From an uncultured Clostridia bacterium (GTDB lineage: Bacteria; Bacillota; Clostridia; Christensenellales; UBA1242), in contig CATKXS010000001.1 in the NCBI GenBank assembly GCA_949841045.1, forward strand, positions 60,717 to 124,716: a stretch of 64,000 nt of DNA, read 5' to 3'. Below the pieces are notes generated by a model, which had not been told where the DNA came from, did no database searches, and worked only from the letters and a program-made list of their open reading frames with translations. Below, piece by piece: positions 12,901 to 18,900 of the stretch; positions within the stretch are counted from its first letter, which is position 1, and every line of letters starts with the position of its first letter. A program made the position numbers and the translations under genes.

Positions 12901-15900
12901 CAACAAATTCACAAGTTGTATTAAGTTTGAACTACACATATGGCGACATGTTTGTTGAGTATGGAACAACTCTTTCAAGTTTAAAAACGTATAACTTTGG
13001 TGGGGTTATTGGTAATCTTTTGAGTGGATTGACTTACAATGTTACTTCAAACTATTCACTTACAACCTCCCATAATGCTCGTTACAACTCTTCGATAGAA
13101 GTGTGTACACAAAATGCTCTTTTTGGAAATGGTGGTAGTGTGTTTGATGAACAAGGAAATACTTTGGGCAATAACGCTTATAACCACTCAGTTTCATTAT
13201 GTAACGACGAGTATGGAAATGATATAAGTTATAATGACTCAGCATACAATGGTTATCAAGGTGCTAGGCAAGACAACAGTTTTGTTAATACTCACTCGGA
13301 CATTGCAAGAATAATTAGTAATAATATAAGAGGTTATACAACCATTAATACTGGTCATAAACTAAGTCCAGGTAGCATTCAACTCGGAAGTTTATCTGCT
13401 GAGTTAAGCGATGCTAGTACATTTAATGGAATTACTTACTATAATATCAATAATGAAATCTTAGACCCAGGCAAAGACCAATTTGAAGAACTTAGGAATG
13501 TCGCTCTCTTTGGAAATGGTGGCAAATTAGCCTATAGAAATGAGGGAAGCTTAACAGATTTTATTACAGCAAAGTCATCTATAATAGGACTTCTAACTGG
13601 TTATTCTTCTGTTTCTGGTTTTGTACTTGATGTAAATGCTTCATATGATGTTGCCATGGCAGCTGGTGGAGAAACAGCGTTTGTTGCCCCTCTTGTAAGT
13701 CAAATGGAAGAAAACTCTATTGTTTATGCAATAAATGTGCAAGGAACATTGGACTATGGCGGTAGTGGTAACGCTATTGTTGCAGGGCTTGTGGGAAATC
13801 TTGTTTCTGGAAAGATTTTCGACTGTTCAACAGATTTGGATATAAGCTTTAGAGGAAGCCAGTTACAGAACAACGATAATGCTGGTATATTTGGCATAGC
13901 ATATATGTCGGTAAGCGAAAAACCTGATGATGATTATAGGTTGATTGAAAACACTTACTCAGCGGGTAGTATAAAGACCTATATTTCAATAGATGTCTAT
14001 GCCTTCTCAAACGAAGCAGGCTCATCAGATAAAACAAAAGTATACAACTGTTATACAATTACAAAACTTGATTTGAAAGATTATACTCGTGAGTCATTAG
14101 CAAGTAGTGGATATTTCTACACATTTGGCAAAGGTGTGAATGATAAAACATTTAATAGTTGCTTCTATGATAAAGATGCACTTAATGCAAATCTTACTTC
14201 AGGCGGCAAGTCAACAAATGTTTCTCATACAGAACTTCGCAACAATAAATATGGTGATAAAAATACTACTATATTTGCTAATGCAAGCAAGTGGACAACA
14301 GATTATGCATTTAATTATGGTTATCCAACTCTTAAGTATGGATACTTAAATCCATCATCTTATGTTGTACTTGAAAAATCAGAGTCTAAACTTAAACGAC
14401 TTCTTGATAAAGGGCAGTCAATTCTTGACCCTACAACAAGTAAATTATCAGCAGATGGAAATAACAACCTTTATGACAACTTTGTTGTAGAAAATAGTTA
14501 TTCTCGTCTTCCAAATGGCGAACAACCAAAATTTATTGATAATAAACTTACTTACGCAGGAAATGATTGCTATTACATGATTCCAAACGGGGCTATCCTT
14601 GCCAAGATGAATGAGACTTATACTTTAAATAAAGAAAATGTAGGACTTAAAAACAACTTCATTTTGAAATATGATATTAATCTTGCAAATACTTCACGTT
14701 TTACAACATCATTTAGTTATGATACAAATGTTAGTGCAATCTCAGGCTTAGACTTTACTGGAACATTTGATGGGCAAAACAAGACAATTCAAAATTCTAG
14801 AATAAACTTGTTTAGGTCGTTAAATGAAGCAACAGTAAGAAATTTAAGAATTACTGATTTCGCAAGTGCAGATAAACCAACACTTGCAAATGAAATCATA
14901 TCTTCAACTGTTTCAAATATGACCTTATCAGGTGATATAAAGGGTAGCACATCATCAATTAACATTGGCGGTTTGGCTTTAACTGCTATTAATTCTAAAC
15001 TTGAAACTATTACAAACCTTGTTTCAATAAATGTTAATGTTCAGACGAAACTTACAACTGAAATTAGTATTGCAGCAGGTGGACTTGTTGGTATTATTTC
15101 AAATACTCGAGTTGATTTCTGTTCTAACTATGGACCTATAAATGTCAGAGTTAATAATGATGGTAAGATGCTTGCAGTAGGTGGACTTGTTGGTGTTATG
15201 TATGACGGAAATGAAAATAATACTATCAGTTATAGTTACAATTCAAGTTCAGTTCTTGGTAACTATGTAAATGATTCTTCAGAGCAAACAACTCAAGGCT
15301 TGTTCTTCACGGGCGGACTTGTAGGTTATAATGTTGGTGGAGTGATTAAAAATAGTTACAACACTGGTATGGTTAAGTCTGGTAATAAATCAAACACGGC
15401 AGGAACAGAGTCAGATATATCAGAAAATAACAACAAAATAACTGCAGTAACGACAACAGGTGAAGGTTTTCAAACCGAAACAAAGCAGTCAGAATTCTGG
15501 CTTATTAATAATGAGAAAACTACCTTTAATGAAGACCAACTTTATTCTTCATATGCTGGCGGTATTGCCGGTTATATAGCAGGAGGCGTTGACAACTGCT
15601 ATAATGAAGGTACAGTTGAAGCGTTAGGAGAAAATCCACATACCAAGTGGATATGGAGAAAAGTTAATGGAGACCCTGTTGTTGCAAGAGCTGATATAAC
15701 TAGACTCTCTTATGAACAAACTTCTAATAGAAATGTTTACGCGTATGGTATTGGTGCAACCAATAACAGTTCAACCATATCAAATTCAACTATAAGGTTG
15801 TATAATATGGATTCAGACTACTCGACAATTTACAGCAATGGTGCTTCACGAGATAGTGGAGAAATTTATTGGAGAACATTTAAAGATATTATAGATAGTG

Positions 15901-18900
15901 GGGTAATGAATACATTCTATCAAGGTGAAAAGGCAATTTATTCTACGCTACATCTTTGGCAGAATCTCCCTGATATAAATATTTGGTTAGGTGCTATAGT
16001 TAGTTGGCTTTATCTCTTTGATTGGACACAGACTTGGATTGGCCGTCAAGTTGTATTTACAACTACATTTCAAATTCCTAAAGTGAATGAAGTTGCATAT
16101 GATAGCAATTTTGATGAGGTTACTGATGCTAATTTTAATTCTGACAAACCAAATCCAAATGAATGTAGCGAGTCCAACGTTGCACCTGTTAATACACTTT
16201 CAACAGATGCTCTTGGTCTTGCAATAGGATATCAGATAACTTTCCATAGTAAATACAAAGTTCAACAAAATAAATTTACTTACGCTATTAAGTCTGGTAC
16301 AGCTAATTATAGTAATTTTAATGATTTGATAAATGCTAAATGGAGTGACAAAAAGAATGAATTAGATGAAGGAATTTATGAGGATGGTGATTCTGTATCT
16401 TCAGAAAATGTTATTTCTCAAGCTTATAGCTCGTCATTGCCAGAAAATTTATACTATAAAGAGAGTTATGAAAGGAGACCGTATGAATATGACGAATTTA
16501 ATAAGTCTTTTAACTGGAACAATTTATGTTCAAATGAATATAAAGAAGGTGAAGTTAAAGTCGTTACCGATTACGATAGTTCAACAATGCGGAATATAAA
16601 AGAAAACACAAGAAGTGTGGAAGAAGAAGGCGAGATAAACAGTTTGAAAATTGCTGGTAACCCTTATTATATTCTTGACCATAATAATGTAACTTCAGTT
16701 CTAAATTCTGGTATTTTTATATCTAAACCTCAAAAAGTAAGATTTTCTTCTGATAAATTGCCTTATATAGCCAATAAGGGCCTATATTCAATGGAAATTA
16801 AGGGGCATAATGAATTAAATCCAATCATCACCTCAGTATCTCAAGAAGGTAATGAAACTATTGTTGAGTACAAAGTGAGCAGTGCTGAAGAAATTAACAT
16901 AGCTAATTGCGAAGTTATTATTTCAATGAGTTATGAGCAAGAAGTAACTTTTGATTTAAGTTCTTTAAAATATAGTTATTATGATGATTATTCAGTTGGA
17001 ATTGAAATTGGCTTGATGGATTATAGCGTTCTTGACCAATACACTTTATATTATGAAAATAGTAAAGAGCCGGATGGATTTGCAGTTAAAAACAATGTCA
17101 TTAGAATTCGCAAAGAAGGCGCAAGCAATGTTTCCGATACTGATGATGCAAACGAAAACTATATCTATCTATTCTATGATGAAGCTGAAGGTAAATTTGT
17201 TTATGTTCCTAATGCTGGTTTAATCACTTCTACAGGTAAAAAGATTGAAAAAATTAATAAGTCAAATTATTCTTTACGCGGTGATGAAAACTTTATAGAG
17301 AATGTAAAGAATATTATAAATGAACTTAAAGGAAAAACTTATTATTCAAGAGTTACTAAACAATCTTCAACATATGCAAGCTTGTTCTCAAATAATCAAT
17401 CATTATTTACTAGATACTATGAAAGCAATGGAAATTATACCGCTGGAGAGAGCAGTAAGGAAAATGCTGTAATTAAGTATGGTTCTACTGTGTCTAATGT
17501 AATTGGCGCTATGATTTATGAAAATGACGGATATGTTGTGACACTTGACAATAATGGAAAAGATATTATAGCGTTGAATGGCACAACTCCAGTAATGAGT
17601 TATAATAGTAGTACCGACTTATGGTATAGTGATATTAATTCAATAGAAGGCATGAGTGCTCAAGTTGTAGGCAATAAACTTAAGATATTGTCTTCAGAAA
17701 GCACAGAAGCACAAAATAAGATTCAAACATATCTTAATAAACTTATGTTCATCTCTGATGATTGGTCTGAGAAAGAATTTATTAGTAAATATGAAAATAT
17801 TAGAACTTCCATCAGATATAATATTCCAGAGAATGAATCGTATGGCGTTGATTTTATAAGAACAATCAAACATGACTGGATATATAACGCTGATAATAAG
17901 TTTACATTCAAAGAAATTAATAATCGTCTTTATATCGCAGTTGATAGTGATTATACTGCTTTAACAAAATATAGTTTAGGCGGTGTCACAGTAAGCTATG
18001 GCGAAGAAAATATTGAAATTACAGATAGCTATACTTCTAAGATAACAAGCTTCAGTCTTAGGTCGCCGGGACGCGTTAGTGTAGAAATATCATTCTCAAA
18101 AAATGGAACGACTCACACATTTAAGAATTTTACAAGCTCTAATAACCATAGTGCAAGTTTTGATAAAGAAATGAGTGATGCTATTACAGACGGTATCTTC
18201 AATATGCAGTTGAAATATTATCCATCATATACAACTAATTCAGTGAGTGTTGATGAGGGGTATAATTATCACTTAGTACTTGAAAAGAATGGACAAATAT
18301 ACTATGTTGAAGCTTCATTTGATGAAGAATTGATTAATAATGCACAATCTGGAATTACTGCTACAATTGATTCTGTTTCAAAAATTTATACAAGTTCGAA
18401 TGGAAATCTTCTTATAAGAGCGGAGTATCTTGAAAGTAAAACACAAGAAGGAGCAGTAAGCAAAACAAAGGTTTATTCTATAAATGGAACTAAAGTTTTA
18501 ACTATAAATGAAACTGAAGGTGAATTAGAATATACTGTTTATTATGATTCTGACGGTAATCTTCTCTATACTCCTGCAGTAGATAAAGATGGAAATCCTA
18601 TTAAAGATGAACACGGAAATGATGTGCCTCCTGTTGAGGGTGATACTACTGAAAGCAAGCCAAGTAATATTTATTACCGAAGCAACATATTCAGACCTGG
18701 AACTGCTAACCCAGAAGTTATTGACCTAATAGGAGATGGATACATTAGCAGTGTTGATGACCTGCATGACCCTTTGATTTTTAATGAATCACTCAAGATG
18801 ATTAGTGATGAACATACAGAAACGATAAAACCAGCTTCTTCAGAAGGTGCGGGTGATGGAGTGTCTGTAAAAGTTGCAAGAAGATATGTTTATCTTGAAG

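Noticed and set aside
18531-18572. A YD/Rhs-like repeat (YTVYYDSDGNLLYT) in giant ORF 1 as evidence for an Rhs toxin.
   Set aside because: It is a single isolated occurrence. There is no run of YD repeats, no PxxxxDPxGL core end, and no C-terminal toxin or immunity gene arrangement.
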